Shown: piece by piece, positions 26,101-41,900 of the stretch
Numbering within the stretch: position 1 is the stretch's first letter
How the letters are laid out: the number at the start of each line of letters is the position of its first letter
Assembly (NCBI GenBank): GCA_950097015.1
Contig: CATNEN010000003.1
Location: forward strand, 1,736,001-1,800,000
DNA: 64,000 nt
Direction of reading: 5' to 3'
Source of the DNA: Macrostomum hystrix
Taxonomy: Eukaryota; Animalia; Platyhelminthes
The notes under the pieces: model-generated
Told to the model about the DNA's origin: nothing
What the model saw: only the letters and a program-made list of their open reading frames with translations
Database searches by the model: none
Program-made: the position numbers and the translations under genes

Positions 26101-29100
26101 ATTTGAACTAAAGGTGTAAGGTAGAGAATTTTTTTAATTTAGACAAACGCATACCTGCCTGCTAGGGTTTAAAACAACCCACAGAAATTGATAAGCCCCA
26201 CGATTGGCCATATAAAGCATTTTCTGTTTTGGATGAAGCTTTGTTGGGCAGAAAACTGATTAAAAAAAGGGAATAAAGCTTGGAGGTGGAAGAAGAAAAT
26301 TTTAGCTTCTTCGCAAGCAATCAGTCGGATCAGTTTTCATTTTCTTTTGTGCAGAGAGAGCTACTGAAAATAGACCAAGATTGCTTCTTCTCATTTTCTC
26401 TGATCCATCTTAACCTAGGAGGGGGAACTAATCAGTTTGCCAGATTGGGCGGCGGGCAAGAGGGGAGAGGCTACAGCTCCTCACAACTGAAACCTACTCG
26501 GACCATAGCAACCAAAATCTTGCGCGTGTGTGATTAACAGAAGAAAATTTTTTTCGCTACAAAGTGCGCTACAAAATGGACAGTGCCAGAGCATATAAAA
26601 TGGCTTCTTAAGGATAAAATCGTGATTACTGAAACAAATTGTCTAAAAGAACTCGGCCAATGTGAGAAACTACAAGTTGCAAAATGATGACGCAAATAAA
26701 TGCAAAATTGAAACTTTAGGAAGATGCTGAACTATTCAACATGATTCTGAACTATCCAATATGATCCTGAACTATCCAATATGATCCTGAACTATCCAAT
26801 ATGATCCTGAACTATCCAATATGATCCTGAACTTTCCAATATGATCCTGAGCTATCCAATATGATCCTGAACTATCCAATATGATCCTGAACTATCCAAT
26901 ATGATCCTGAACTATCCAATATGATTCTGAACTATCCAATATGATCCTGAACTATCCAATATGATCCTGAACTATCCAATATGATTCTGAACTATCCAAC
27001 ATGATTCTGAACTATCCAATATGATCCTGAACTATCCAATATGATCCTGAACTATCCAATATGATCCTGAACTATCCAACATGATCCTGAACTATCCAAT
27101 ATGATCCTGAACTATCCAATATGATCCTGAACTATCCAATATGATCCTGAACTATCCAATATGATCCTGAACTATCCAATATGATTCTGAACTATCCAAT
27201 ATGATCCTGAACTATCCAATATGATCCTGAACTATCCAATATGATCCTGAACTATCCAACATGATCCTGAACTATCCAACATGATTCTGAACTATCCAAT
27301 ATGATCCTGAACTATCCAATATGATCCTGAACTATCCAATATGATCCTGAACTATCCAATATGATCCTGAACTATCCAATATGATCCTGAACGATCCAAT
27401 ATGATCCTGAACTATCCAATATGATCTTGAACTATCCAATATGATCCTGAACTATCCAATATGATCTTGAACTATCCAATATGATCTTGAACTATCCAAT
27501 ATGATCCTGAACTATCCAATATGATCCTGAGCTATCCAATATGATCCTGAACTATCCAATATGATCCTGAACTATCCAATATGATCTTGAACTATCCAAT
27601 ATGATTCTGAACTATCCAATATGATCCTGAACTATCCAATATGATCCTGAACTATCCAACATGATTCTGAACTATCCAATATGATGCTGAACTATCCAAT
27701 ATGATCCTGAACTATCCAATATGATCCTGAACTATCCAACATGATCCTGAACTATCCAATATGATTCTGAACTATCCAATATGATCCTGAACTATCCAAT
27801 ATGATCCTGAACTTTCCAATATGATCCTGAACTATCCAATATGATCCTGAACTATCCAATATGATCCTGAACTATCCAATATGATCCTGAACTATCCAAT
27901 ATGATCCTGAACTATCCAATATGATCCTGAACGATCCAATATGATCCTGAACTATCCAATATGATCCTGAACTATCCAATATGATCCTGAACTATCCAAT
28001 ATGATTCTGAACTATCCAATATGATCCTGAACTATCCAATATGATCCTGAACTATCCAATATGATCCTGAACTATCCAATATGATCCTGAACTATCCAAT
28101 ATGATCCTGAACTATCCAATATGATTCTGAACTATCCAATATGATCCTGAACTTTCCAATATGATCCTGAACTATCCAATATGATCCTGAGCTATCCAAT
28201 ATGATCCTGAACTATCCAATATGATCCTGAACTATCCAATATGATCCTGAACTATCCAATATGATCCTGAACTATCCAATATGATCCTGAACTATCCAAC
28301 ATGATCCTGAACTTTCCAATATGATCCTGAACTATCCAATATGATCTTGAACTATCCAATATGATCCTGAACTATCCAACATGATTCTGAACTATCCAAT
28401 ATGATCCTGAACTATCCAATATGATCCTGAACTATCCAATATGATCCTGAACTATCCAACATGATCCTGAACTATCCAATATGATCCTGAACTATCCAAT
28501 ATGATCCTGAACTATCCAATATGATCCTGAACTATCCAATATGATCCTGAACTATCCAATATGATTCTGAACTATCCAATATGATCCTGAACTATCCAAT
28601 ATGATCCTGAACTATCCAATATGATCCTGAACTATCCAATATGATTCTGAACTATCCAATATGATCCTGAACTTTCCAATATGATCCTGAGCTATCCAAT
28701 ATGATCCTGAGCTATCCAATATGATCCTGAACTATCCAATATGATCCTGAACTATCCAATATGATCCTGAACTATCCAATATGATCCTGAACTATCCAAT
28801 ATGATCCTGAACTATCCAATATGATCCTGAGCTATCCAATATGATCCTGAACTATCCAATATGATCCTGAACTATCCAATATGATCCTGAACTATCCAAT
28901 ATGATCCTGAGCTATCCAATATGATCCTGAACTATCCAATATGATCCTGAACTATCCAATATGATCCTGAACTATCCAATATGATCCTGAACTATCCAAT
29001 ATGATCCTGAGCTATCCAATATGATCCTGAACTATCCAATATGATCCTGAACTATCCAATATGATGCTGAACTATCCAATATGATCCTGAACTATCCAAT

Positions 29101-32100
29101 ATGATCCTGAACTATCCAATATGATCCTGAACTATCCAATATGATCCTGAACTATCCAATATGATCTTGAACTATCCAATATGATCCTGAACTATTCAAC
29201 ATGATCCTGAACTATCCAATATGATCTTGAACTATCCAATATGATCCTGAACTATCCAATATGATCCTGAACTATCCAATATGATCTTGAACTATCCAAT
29301 ATGATCCTGAACTATTCAACATGATCCTGAACTATCCAACATGATTCTGAACTATCCAATATGATCCTGAACTATCCAATATGATCCTGAACTATCCAAT
29401 ATGATCCTGAACTATCCAATATGATCCTGAACTATTCAACACGATCCTGAACTATCCAATATGATCCTGAACTATCCAATATGATCCTGAACTATCCAAT
29501 ATGATCCTGAACTATCCAATATGATCCTGAACTATCCAATATGATCCTGAACTATCCAATATGATCCTGAACTATCCAATATGATCCTGAACTATCCAAT
29601 ATGATCCTGAACTATCCAATATGATCCTGAACTATCCAATATGATTCTGAACTATCCAATATGATCCTGAACTATCCAATATGATCCTGAACTATCCAAT
29701 ATGATCCTGAACTTTCCAATATGATCCTGAACTATCCAATATGATCCTGAACTATCCAATATGATCCTGAACTATCCAATATGATCCTGAACTATCCAAT
29801 ATGATCCTGAACTATCCAACATGATCCTGAACTATCCAATATGATCCTGAACTATCCAATATGATCCTGAACTATCCAACATGATCCTGAACTATCCAAC
29901 ATGATTCTGAACTATCCAATATGATCCTGAACTATCCAATATGATCCTGAACTATCCAATATGATCTTGAACTATCCAATATGATCCTGAACTATCCAAT
30001 ATGATCCTGAACTATCCAATATGATCCTGAACTATCCAATATGATCCTGAACTATCCAATATGATCCTGAACTTTCCAATATGATCATGAACAATCCAAT
30101 ATGATCCTGAACTATCCAATATGATTCTGAACTATCCAATATGATCCTGAACTATCCAATATGATCCTGAACTATCCAATATGATCCTGAACTATCCAAT
30201 ATGATCCTGAACTATCCAATATGATTCTGAACTATCCAATATGATCCTGAACTATTCAATATGATCCTGAACTATCCAATATGATCTTGAACTATCCAAT
30301 ATGATCCTGAACTATCCAATATGATTCTGAACTATCCAATATGATCCTGAACTATCCAATATGATCCTGAACTATCCAACATGATCCTGAACTATCCAAT
30401 ATGATTCTGAACTATCCAATATGATCCTGAACTATCCAATATGATCCTGAACTATCCAATATGATCCTGAACTATCCAACATGATTCTGAACTTTCCAAT
30501 ATGATCCTGAGCTATCCAATATGATCCTGAACTATCCAATATGATTCTGAACTATCCAATATGATTCTGAACTATCCAATATGATCCTGAACTATCCAAC
30601 ATGATTCTGAACTATTCAATATGATTCTGAACTATCCAATATGATTCTGAACTATCCAATATGATCCTGAACTATCCAATATGATCTTGAACTATCCAAT
30701 ATGATCCTGAACTATCCAATATGATCTTGAACTATCCAACATGATCCTGAACTATCCAACATGATTCTGAACTATCCAATATGATCCTGAACTATCCAAT
30801 ATGATCCTGAACTATCCAATATGATCCTGAACTATCCAATATGATCCTGAACTATCCAATATGATCCTGAACTATCCAATATGATCCTGAACTATCCAAT
30901 ATGATCCTGAACTATCCAATATGATCCTGAACTATCCAATATGATGCTGAACTATCCAATATGATCCTGAACTATCCAATATGATCCTGAACTATCCAAT
31001 ATGATCCTGAGCTATCCAATATGATCCTGAGCTATCCAATATGATCCTGAACTATCCAATATGATCCTGAACTATCCAATATGATTCTGAACTATCCAAT
31101 ATGATCCTGAACTATCCAATATGATCCTGAACTATTCAACACGATCCTGAACTATCCAATATGATCCTGAACTATCCAATATGATTCTGAACTATCCAAT
31201 ATGATCCTGAACTATCCAATATGATTCTGAACTATCCAATATGATCCTGAACTATCCAATATGATCCTGAACTATCCAATATGATCCTGAACAATCCAAT
31301 ATGATCCTGAACTATCCAATATGATCCTGAACTATCCAATATGATCCTGAACTATCCAATATGATCCTGAACTATCCAATATGATCCTGAACTATCCAAT
31401 ATGATTCTGAACTATCCAATATGATCTTGAACTATCCAATATGATCCTGAACTATCCAATATGATCCTGAACTATCCAATATGATCCTGAACTATCCAAT
31501 ATGATCCTGAACTATCCAATATGATCTTGAACTATCCAATATGATCCTGAACTATCCAATATGATCCTGAACTATCCAATATGATCCTGAACTATCCAAT
31601 ATGATCTTGAACTATCCAATATGATCTTGAACTATCCAATATGATCCTGAACTATCCAATATGATCCTGAACTATCCAATATGATCCTGAACTATCCAAT
31701 ATGATCCTGAACTATCCAATATGATCCTGAACTATCCAATATGATCCTGAACTATCCAATATGATCCTGAACTATCCAATATGATCCTGAACTATCCAAT
31801 ATGATCTTGAACTATCCAATATGATCCTGAACTATCCAATATGATTCTGAACTATCCAATATGATCCTGAACGATCCAATATGATCTTGAACTATCCAAT
31901 ATGATCCTGAACTATCCAATATGATCCTGAACGATCCAATATGATCCTGAACTATCCAATATGATCCTGAACTATCCAACATGATCCTGAACTATCCAAT
32001 ATGATCCTGAACTATTTAACGAGATCCTGAACTATCCAATATGATTCTGAACTATTTAACGAGATCCTGAACTATCCAATATGATCCTGAACTATTTAAC

Positions 32101-35100
32101 GAGATCCTGAACTATCCAATATGATCTTGAACTATCCAATATGATCTTGAACTATCCAATATGATCCTGAACTATCCAATATGATCCTGAACTATCCAAT
32201 ATGATCCTGAACTATCCAATATGATCCTGAACTATCCAACATGATCCTGAACTATCCAATATGATCCTGAACTTTCCAATATGATCCTGAACTATCCAAT
32301 ATGATCCTGAACTATCCAATATGATCCTGAACTATCCAATATGATCCTGAACTATCCAATATGATCCTGAACTATCCAATATGATCCTGAACTATCCAAT
32401 ATGATCCTGAACTATTCAACATGATCCTGAACTATCCAATATGATCTTGAACTATCCAATATGATCCTGAACTATCCAATATGATCCTGAACTATCCAAT
32501 ATGATCTTGAACTATCCAATATGATCCTGAACTATTCAACATGATCCTGAACTATCCAACATGATTCTGAACTATCCAATATGATCCTGAACTATCCAAT
32601 ATGATCCTGAACTATCCAATATGATCCTGAACTATCCAATATGATCCTGAACTATTCAACACGATCCTGAACTATCCAATATGATCCTGAACTATCCAAT
32701 ATGATCCTGAACTATCCAATATGATCCTGAACTATCCAATATGATCCTGAACTATCCAATATGATCCTGAACTATCCAATATGATCCTGAACTATCCAAT
32801 ATGATCCTGAACTATCCAATATGATCCTGAACTATCCAATATGATCCTGAACTATCCAATATGATTCTGAACTATCCAATATGATCCTGAACTATCCAAT
32901 ATGATCCTGAACTATCCAATATGATCCTGAACTTTCCAATATGATCCTGAACTATCCAATATGATCCTGAACTATCCAATATGATCCTGAACTATCCAAT
33001 ATGATCCTGAACTATCCAATATGATCCTGAACTATCCAACATGATCCTGAACTATCCAATATGATCCTGAACTATCCAATATGATCCTGAACTATCCAAC
33101 ATGATCCTGAACTATCCAACATGATTCTGAACTATCCAATATGATCCTGAACTATCCAATATGATCCTGAACTATCCAATATGATCTTGAACTATCCAAT
33201 ATGATCCTGAACTATCCAATATGATCCTGAACTATCCAATATGATCCTGAACTATCCAATATGATCCTGAACTATCCAATATGATCCTGAACTTTCCAAT
33301 ATGATCATGAACAATCCAATATGATCCTGAACTATCCAATATGATTCTGAACTATCCAATATGATCCTGAACTATCCAATATGATCCTGAACTATCCAAT
33401 ATGATCCTGAACTATCCAATATGATTCTGAACTATCCAATATGATCCTGAACTATCCAATATGATCCTGAACTATTCAATATGATCCTGAACTATCCAAT
33501 ATGATCTTGAACTATCCAATATGATCCTGAACCATCCAACATGATTCTGAACTTTCCAATATGATCCTGAGCTATCCAATATGATCCTGAACTATCCAAT
33601 ATGATTCTGAACTATCCAATATGATTCTGAACTATCCAATATGATCCTGAACTATCCAACATGATTCTGAACTATTCAATATGATTCTGAACTATCCAAT
33701 ATGATTCTGAACTATCCAATATGATCCTGAACTATCCAATATGATCTTGAACTATCCAATATGATCCTGAACTATCCAATATGATCTTGAACTATCCAAC
33801 ATGATCCTGAACTATCCAACATGATTCTGAACTATCCAATATGATCCTGAACTATCCAATATGATCCTGAACTATCCAATATGATCCTGAACTATCCAAT
33901 ATGATCCTGAACTATCCAATATGATCCTGAACTATCCAATATGATCCTGAACTATCCAATATGATCCTGAACTATCCAATATGATCCTGAACTATCCAAT
34001 ATGATGCTGAACTATCCAATATGATCCTGAACTATCCAATATGATCCTGAACTATCCAATATGATCCTGAGCTATCCAATATGATCCTGAGCTATCCAAT
34101 ATGATCCTGAACTATCCAATATGATCCTGAACTATCCAATATGATTCTGAACTATCCAATATGATCCTGAACTATCCAATATGATCCTGAACTATTCAAC
34201 ACGATCCTGAACTATCCAATATGATCCTGAACTATCCAATATGATTCTGAACTATCCAATATGATCCTGAACTATCCAATATGATTCTGAACTATCCAAT
34301 ATGATCCTGAACTATCCAATATGATCCTGAACTATCCAATATGATCCTGAACAATCCAATATGATCCTGAACTATCCAATATGATCCTGAACTATCCAAT
34401 ATGATCCTGAACTATCCAATATGATCCTGAACTATCCAATATGATCCTGAACTATCCAATATGATTCTGAACTATCCAATATGATCCTGAACTATCCAAT
34501 ATGATCCTGAACTATCCAATATGATCCTGAACTATCCTATATGATCCTGAACTATCCAATATGATCCTGAACTATCCAATATGATCTTGAACTATCCAAT
34601 ATGATCCTGAACTATCCAATATGATCCTGAACTATCCAATATGATCCTGAACTATCCAATATGATCTTGAACTATCCAATATGATCTTGAACTATCCAAT
34701 ATGATCCTGAACTATCCAATATGATCCTGAACTATCCAATATGATCCTGAACTATCCAATATGATCCTGAACTATCCAATATGATCCTGAACTATCCAAT
34801 ATGATCCTGAACTATCCAATATGATCCTGAACTATCCAATATGATCCTGAACTATCCAATATGATCTTGAACTATCCAATATGATCCTGAACTATCCAAT
34901 ATGATTCTGAACTATCCAATATGATCCTGAACGATCCAATATGATCTTGAACTATCCAATATGATCCTGAACTATCCAATATGATCCTGAACGATCCAAT
35001 ATGATCCTGAACTATCCAATATGATCCTGAACTATCCAACATGATCCTGAACTATCCAATATGATCCTGAACTATTTAACGAGATCCTGAACTATCCAAT

Positions 35101-38100
35101 ATGATTCTGAACTATTTAACGAGATCCTGAACTATCCAATATGATCCTGAACTATTTAACGAGATCCTGAACTATCCAATATGATCTTGAACTATCCAAT
35201 ATGATCTTGAACTATCCAATATGATCCTGAACTATCCAATATGATCCTGAACTATCCAATATGATCCTGAACTATCCAATATGATCCTGAACTATCCAAC
35301 ATGATCCTGAACTATCCAATATGATCCTGAACTTTCCAATATGATCCTGAACTATCCAATATGATCCTGAACTATCCAATATGATCCTGAACTATCCAAT
35401 ATGATCCTGAACTATCCAATATGATCCTGAACTATCCAATATGATCCTGAACTATCCAATATGATCCTGAACTATCCAATATGATCTTGAACTATCCAAT
35501 ATGATTCTGAACTATCCAATATGATCCTGAACTATCCAATATGATCCTGAACTATCCAATATGATCCTGAGCTATCCAATATGATCCTGAACTATCCAAT
35601 ATGATCCTGAACTATCCAATATGATCCTGAACTATCCAATATGATCCTGAACTATTCAACACGATCCTGAACTATCCAATATGATTCTGAACTATCCAAT
35701 ATGATCCTGAACTATCCAATATGATCCTGAACTATCCAACATGATCCTGAACTATCCAATATGATCCTGAACTATCCAATATGATCCTGAACTATCCAAC
35801 ATGATCCTGAACTATCCAATATGATCCTGAACTATCCAATATGATCCTGAACTATCCAATATGATCCTGAACTATCCAATATGATCCTGAACTATCCAAT
35901 ATGATCCTGAACTATCCAATATGATCTTGAACTATTTAACACGATCCTGAACTATTCAACAAGATCCTGAACTATTTAACGAGATCCTGAACTATCCAAT
36001 ATGATCCTGAACTATTCAACAAGATCCTGAACTATCCAATATGATTCTGAACTATTTAACACGATCCTGAACTATTCAACAAGATCCTGAACTATTTAAC
36101 GAGATCCTGAACTATCCAATATGATCCTGAACTATTCAACAAGATCCTGAACTATTTAACGAGATCCTAAACTATTCAAGAAGATTTTGACGGACATAGA
36201 AAACACAGTTGAAAAAGTCTTACCTATGAAGGCAATTAATATTCTCCCTGAGGTAGATTAAGCCTCTGAGCACTGAGCAGCTAATTCGGGCCACAATGGG
36301 TTCAGGCAGTCGACCGGCTTTAGTGAGTACCAAATCTAAGGAGCCAGCATTCATGTACTCCATGCAGATGCAAATGGTTGCAGATGAGTCAACAAAGTAG
36401 GCCCCGAAATAGCCAATAATATAGGGGCTGTTGCACGAGTGAAGCACCTGGTCAAGTGGGTCAAACAACTTATTGATTATAATGAGCGTTGGTTACAGGT
36501 AAAAATTGATATAATCAAATTTGATTGTTAATCCTGGTTAAAATAGTCAACTACTAATTTATTAAAATCAAATCCCAAACCAAAATACTGTTATCCCAAA
36601 CCAAAATACTATTATCCCAAACAAAAATATTCTTATCCCAAACCAAAATACTGGAATCCCAAACCAAAATATTCTTATCCCAAACCAAAATACTATTATC
36701 CCAAACAAAAATATTCTTATCCCAAACCAAAATAGTGGAATCCCAAACCAAAATACTGGAATCCCAAACCAAAATACTATTATCCCAAACCACAATATTC
36801 TTATCCCAAACCAAAATACTGGAATCCCAAACCAAAATATTCTTATCCCAAACCAAAATACTCTAATCCCAAACCAAAATACTGGAATCCCAAACCAAAA
36901 TACCATTATCCCAAACCACAATATTCTTATCCCAAACCAAAATACTGGAATCCCAAACCAAAATATTCTTATCCCAAACCAAAATACTCTAATCCCAAAC
37001 CAAAATACTGGAATCCCAAACCAAAATACTCTAATCCCAAACCAAAATACTCTAATCCCAAACCAAAATACTGGAATCCCAAACAAAAATATTCTTATCC
37101 CAAACCAAAATAGTGGAATCCCAAACCAAAATATTCTTATCCCAAACCAAAATACTATTATCCCAAACCACAATATTCTTATCCCAAACCAAAATACTGG
37201 AATCCCAAACCAAAATATTCTTATCCCAAACCAAAATACTGGAATCCCAAACCAAAATATTCTTATCCCAAACCAAAATACTCTAATCCCAAACCAAAAT
37301 ACTGGAATCCCAAACCAAAATACTCTAATCCCAAACCAAAATACTCTAATCCCAAACCAAAATACTGGAATCCCAAACCAGAATATTCTTATCCCAAACC
37401 AAAATACTCTAATCCCAAACCAAAATACTGGAATCCCAAACCAAAATACTGGAATCCCAAACCAAAATATTCTTATCCCAAACCAAAATACTCTAATCCC
37501 AAACCAAAATACTGGAATCCCAAACCAAAATATTCTTATCCCAAACCAAAATACTCTAATCCCAAACCAAAATACTCTAATCCCCAAAGAAAATACTGGA
37601 ATCCCAAACTAAAATATTCTTATCCCAAACCAAAATACTGGAATCCCAAACCAAAATACTAGAATTCTAAATCAAACCACTAGAACCCAAATCCAGAATC
37701 CAAGCAATGTTATTTGCCATCCGGCCTTACCTCCAGCTCCCTAATAATCTGAGCGCGCACAGACGGTTTAATCTCCAGGTGAATAAGCTTCCTAGCCATA
37801 GCCTGTCTGGTCGGCCGGTGTAACACGCGCTGCACAACGCCGGAAGAACCGGAGCCCAATTCGGCGATGTCCTCGAAATCTTCGTGCCTCAATTCGCCGA
37901 TGCTGCGCTTGCGTTGAACAAACTCTGCTAGGCGCTTTCGCTGACTCTCGTCCAATTCCTGATGGCCCTGCTGACTGTGTGACAGGCGCGGCTCCTTTGA
38001 CTGCTGCTGCTGCTGTTGCTGGCTAGATAAATTTAAATCTACACCGAGCATTGATGTCGGCGAAGGCGTAGTAGCTATAGTGAGATTCATAAGGTTGCGC

Positions 38101-38973
38101 CTACTGCCGCTGCTGATGCTGCCGCTGCCGCCACCGCCGCCGCCACCAACGGCCCCCTCCATACTGCCGATGCTATTGCTGCTGATGCTGGTATTACTGC
38201 TGGTGCTGCTCAACTTTTTCGCCGAAGCGGTCGTTCCTGAACCCGAATAAGACGACGTCCCAGCCGATGGCCCAGACAATGAGTCGATGGGCGCCTGGTT
38301 AGAACGCTTTACTGCAATGGGAGACGTGTATGAGTTTGCAGATTCTAGATTATGTTAATTCTAGATTCGTTTGAAAACAAGAATTCTAAGTCTAGATAAA
38401 CCTAGAATTTGAGCCTAGATACAGCTAGATTTTTTATCTATTAACACATAGAGTTTGAATCTAGAAACACCTAGAGTTTGGATCTAGAAACACCTAGAGT
38501 TTGGATCTAGAAACACCTAGAGTTTGGATCTAGAAACACCTAGAGTTTGTATCTAGAAACACCTAGAGTTTGGATCTAGAAACAACTAGAGTTTGTATCT
38601 AGAAACACCTAGAGTTTGTATCTAGAAACACCTAGAGTTTGGATCTAGAAACAACTAGAGTTTGTATCTAGAAACACCTAGAGTTTGGATCTAGAAACAC
38701 CTAGAGTTTGGATCTAGAAACACCTAGAGTTTGGATCTAGAAACACCTATGCTTGAAATCTAGAAACACCAAATGATCTAGAGACACCTAGATTTCGAAT
38801 CCAGTGAATTAATTTAGTGTTTGTAAGCAAAAGTGACGTGTTCAAAAATGAAAGTTTTTTTTGTGAAAAAGGGTTCGTTTTTTAATACCAATCAAAGCCT
38901 TACCCTGCAGTAGATTATCAGAGCAGGTTCTCAAAGTTGATCCAAATGTTTGAAAGCGGTGCTTATTAAACAT
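20196..38973 (-). CDS. MAP2K1: Dual-specificity MAP kinase kinase MEK1/2
   Basis: Exons: candidate 38973-38904 (MFNKHRF.., phase 1), 38311-37731 ([22 protein letters not shown]), 36447-36224 ([20 protein letters not shown]), 25256-24931 ([36 protein letters not shown]), 20485-20196 ([11 protein letters not shown]..). SMANS is the MEK1/2 activation loop. The first exon is tentative. Confidence 0.95.
20690..20990 (+). mobile_element. SINE family A, near full length, in the last MEK1 intron
   Basis: A and B boxes followed by TGTGTCCTTTAGCAAGACACTTAACTCTG..CAGTTCACCCAGCTGTTAAAAGGGTACC. Confidence 0.88.
21236..21452 (-). mobile_element. SINE family B, 5'-truncated copy
   Basis: Matches 390-598. 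Confidence 0.8.
22240..24840. repeat. 34/38-bp minisatellite (AAATGAAATCCCACAATATACAGATCCCATCCT, with or without ATTAT)
   Basis: Tandem units in two length variants. Confidence 0.96.
25340..25950. repeat. 21-bp minisatellite (CACCTGTTAGACAATGGAAAT)
   Basis: Tandem units visible directly. Confidence 0.92.
26722..36190. repeat. 20-bp minisatellite (ATGATCCTGAACTATCCAAT), about 9.5 kb and 470 units, in a MEK1 intron
   Basis: Stays in exact 20-bp register throughout. Confidence 0.99.
36570..37670. repeat. 21-bp minisatellite (ATCCCAAACCAAAATACTGGA and variants)
   Basis: Tandem units visible directly. Confidence 0.96.
38450..38792. repeat. 23-bp minisatellite (CTAGAAACACCTAGAGTTTGGAT)
   Basis: Tandem units visible directly. 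Confidence 0.93.
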
Positions 38974-41900
38974 GACTAAAGTTAAGTTTTGTAAGCAAGT
39001 CACACAAAATAATAAGAACGGACTTGAAGCTTCAAAGACAGAAAACGCTGTCACACAGGAAATAGTTTGACGCGCGAAGCAGTGCCGTTCGATCAGTTAA
39101 GAGGACACTGGAAAATGATCACACCCCGTCTAAACTGGTTTGACGCGCCGATATTTATCAAAGCTATAGGATAAAAACAGGACAGCAACAAGGGTTAGAG
39201 GAAACGAGGCCTTACAAAGCGCGGTTCGATAATCCCTAATGACACCCCCGAGTAAACTCGCTTGGATAGTTTGCACAGAAGAATAGAGCCCCTAAAGAGG
39301 AGAGAGAACGATGGAAGAGAGAGCTAGTAAAAGTGGGAATTAGAATTCGGTTAACTGGAAGTAGAAAGAATCAGACGGAGCCTAATAGGGGCGCGACTGA
39401 ATGTAGCGCATTGGGATCTGGGCGAGGCGAAGGAAGAGAATGGTTTGGGGGAGGGTAAAACACCGGTTCGCTCATCCGCCTACGAACCAATAATTGAATA
39501 CCAGCAGCCTATCGAGTTTCCCTACCCTCCCCAGCACAGTCGGAGTTTCCACTACTCAATTTCACCAACGCCCATCGAAGCCAACCCCCTCCACAAGTCG
39601 CTTACACTAGCCCCACCCTAGGATTTGCCAACCCCCAACACATTGCTAGGCTAATGATAAAGTAAGCCTGCTTGTGTCCCACTGACAAAGAAGTGCAGCC
39701 GGTGCAATCTAAAGAGGGAATCAACGTTTTTTAGAAAATGTATGTACAAGACTCGACCTAAAATAAAGAACTAATGAGTTTTTTTACAGATTGAGACCTT
39801 TACTCTCAAATTTATAGAATGCTAATGAAGAAAACAAGAGAAAAGTAGTGTTGTAACGTAATAATCGAAAGCAACTTATTTTTTACAACTTGTTTGCTCT
39901 CTTCCAACTATCCTACTAATCGTCAGTAGTCTAGAGAGAACATTTAGAAAATAATAATTTTAGAACTGTTTTGATGAATTAAAGTTTTGATTAATAATTA
40001 ATTAAAGAGCACTACTAAGACTAGACTAGACTGTTGAAAATAAGAGTGGCTTTCTAATTTCGCTTACATTTTATCATAGACTTTGTGATAGCTGGAGTGA
40101 TGGCCAGTGAGGGCCAGAGATGGAATATTTTATGAACAGTGTACACTTTAACTAGGTCTTGGGGTCAAGACCTGTTGGATTTGCAATCCTCCAAAAAAGT
40201 TGTGCATTGTGCAATTTTTATTCATTTGTGCCTTTTTCAGCTTTTTGTCTACCCTTATCCCAAAATTCTACCTAGTTGTCTATGTTCCCATCCCAACTGC
40301 AAAACAGGTCATTTGAGTTTATGAAAGCCATTTTATTGGCCCCCCTCTTAACAATATCTTGCTCTATAATTTACATGTTTGTCCACTTTCAATTTGACCA
40401 ATAGTGAGAAACATCCAGGAAATATTACATAAAAATTGTATAGATATCGGGAAAAGGCAAAATTTTGTTCTAAAAAGCTAGTACTTAATTTTAGGTGCTA
40501 TAATTATAAGTTGAAAAGTGGAAAGTAGATAGATTGGATAAAAAAGTTGCAAAATTTTGCAAATGGCATCCACTGCACTTTTGTTTGTTGCACTAGTGAG
40601 TGCCATGACACACTCAGTGGTGAGTGCAATCTAAGGATACAGAGCATGTAATTGGAGAAAGTTACCAGCAAATGGAAATTCAAAAAACTGTAAGCAAAAC
40701 TTAGGTATTACACTTTCTTTAGTCATGTTCTTTGGTGCACCATCGATGCAACATTAGGATTATCCAATGACAACTTAAAAACAATCTTAAGTTGTCCTTG
40801 GGATTGCCATGGTAGATTGTTTATAGTAGCTTAAAAATAATTTTAATGGGAATCTAATCATGGTAATTTGAATAAGCTACTTTTACCAAAGTAGCTTCTA
40901 ATGTAGATAACATCACCATAGTTTAAAATTATCTGGTACAGGCCAAGTGCATTACTATAAATGTTGCTCATATACATTCTATTTAGGCAATGTTAATCTC
41001 TGTGGTACATTGTTATAAATGAAATTAGCAGTCCTGTCCTATATATTAGGCCTATATAATCTGGGTAGTATTCAAACCCACTAAAAGGTAACATTAGAAG
41101 CTATCCAGTCTATATATATGATAATATACCATGAATATTTGTTGCAAATTTGCACTAGAACATAGCCATAGCCATTGTCCACATCACATAGTATGTCTAA
41201 ATTGGAGCTACTGTTGCTTGCCAATTTAGACACATATGGTTGGCACTTAGCTGGTATATTTCATGCCTTCACACTGAAACCTCAGTGAATAAGTATAAAA
41301 AAATAGTACTCAACCCTTGAGATAGGTAAAATTCACACAATATTAACATTACTTTAAAAGAGAAAAACTAAAAATACTAATCAGAGGCACTTTGCCAAAA
41401 AATTGGATAAAATTGTATAATAGCACATTAGGCCCCCTTAGAAGTAATTTTTTAACCAATGTGTTCTTTTATTATTTATAGTAATATAGCAAGCTTTTTT
41501 CTATTAAAATAAAAAAATTAATAGTTAAGTATTAAAAAATTCTCACTAAAGACTAAAGTTCCTATCTAAAATTAAGTCAATAAGTTTTTTTACGAGACAA
41601 ATTTAATTTTGAATTATTTCCAAGCCAAACAGATTTCTCTATTGTTTTAGCCAGCTAGGGCATATCCATTTAGCTATAGGATAGGGGAAAAGGCTTTAAA
41701 CATTAAGATTTATTTCTTATAAATTCCTGACATGCAACACACTTATTCTTTTAGGCCTAACTTCACTTTACAGAAAACAAAATAAAATAGGCCTAGGCCT
41801 TTTTAGTGTACACTCTAGCAGTATTTTTTTCTGAGGTGCACAGGGCATGAACATGACAAAGTCAATATAACAATTGTCAATAATTCAGATATGGTAGGCC

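Noticed and set aside
26280-26537. 85-aa ORF in a MEK1 intron
   Set aside because: Non-ATG start, no recognisable motif and no splice support
26722-36190. CRISPR-like or telomeric array
   Set aside because: Head-to-tail units without unique spacers, in a eukaryotic intron, and not a telomere motif
39050-39720. GC-richer segment upstream of MEK1 as ncRNA or promoter
   Set aside because: No recognisable RNA family, Sm site or element ends; left unassigned
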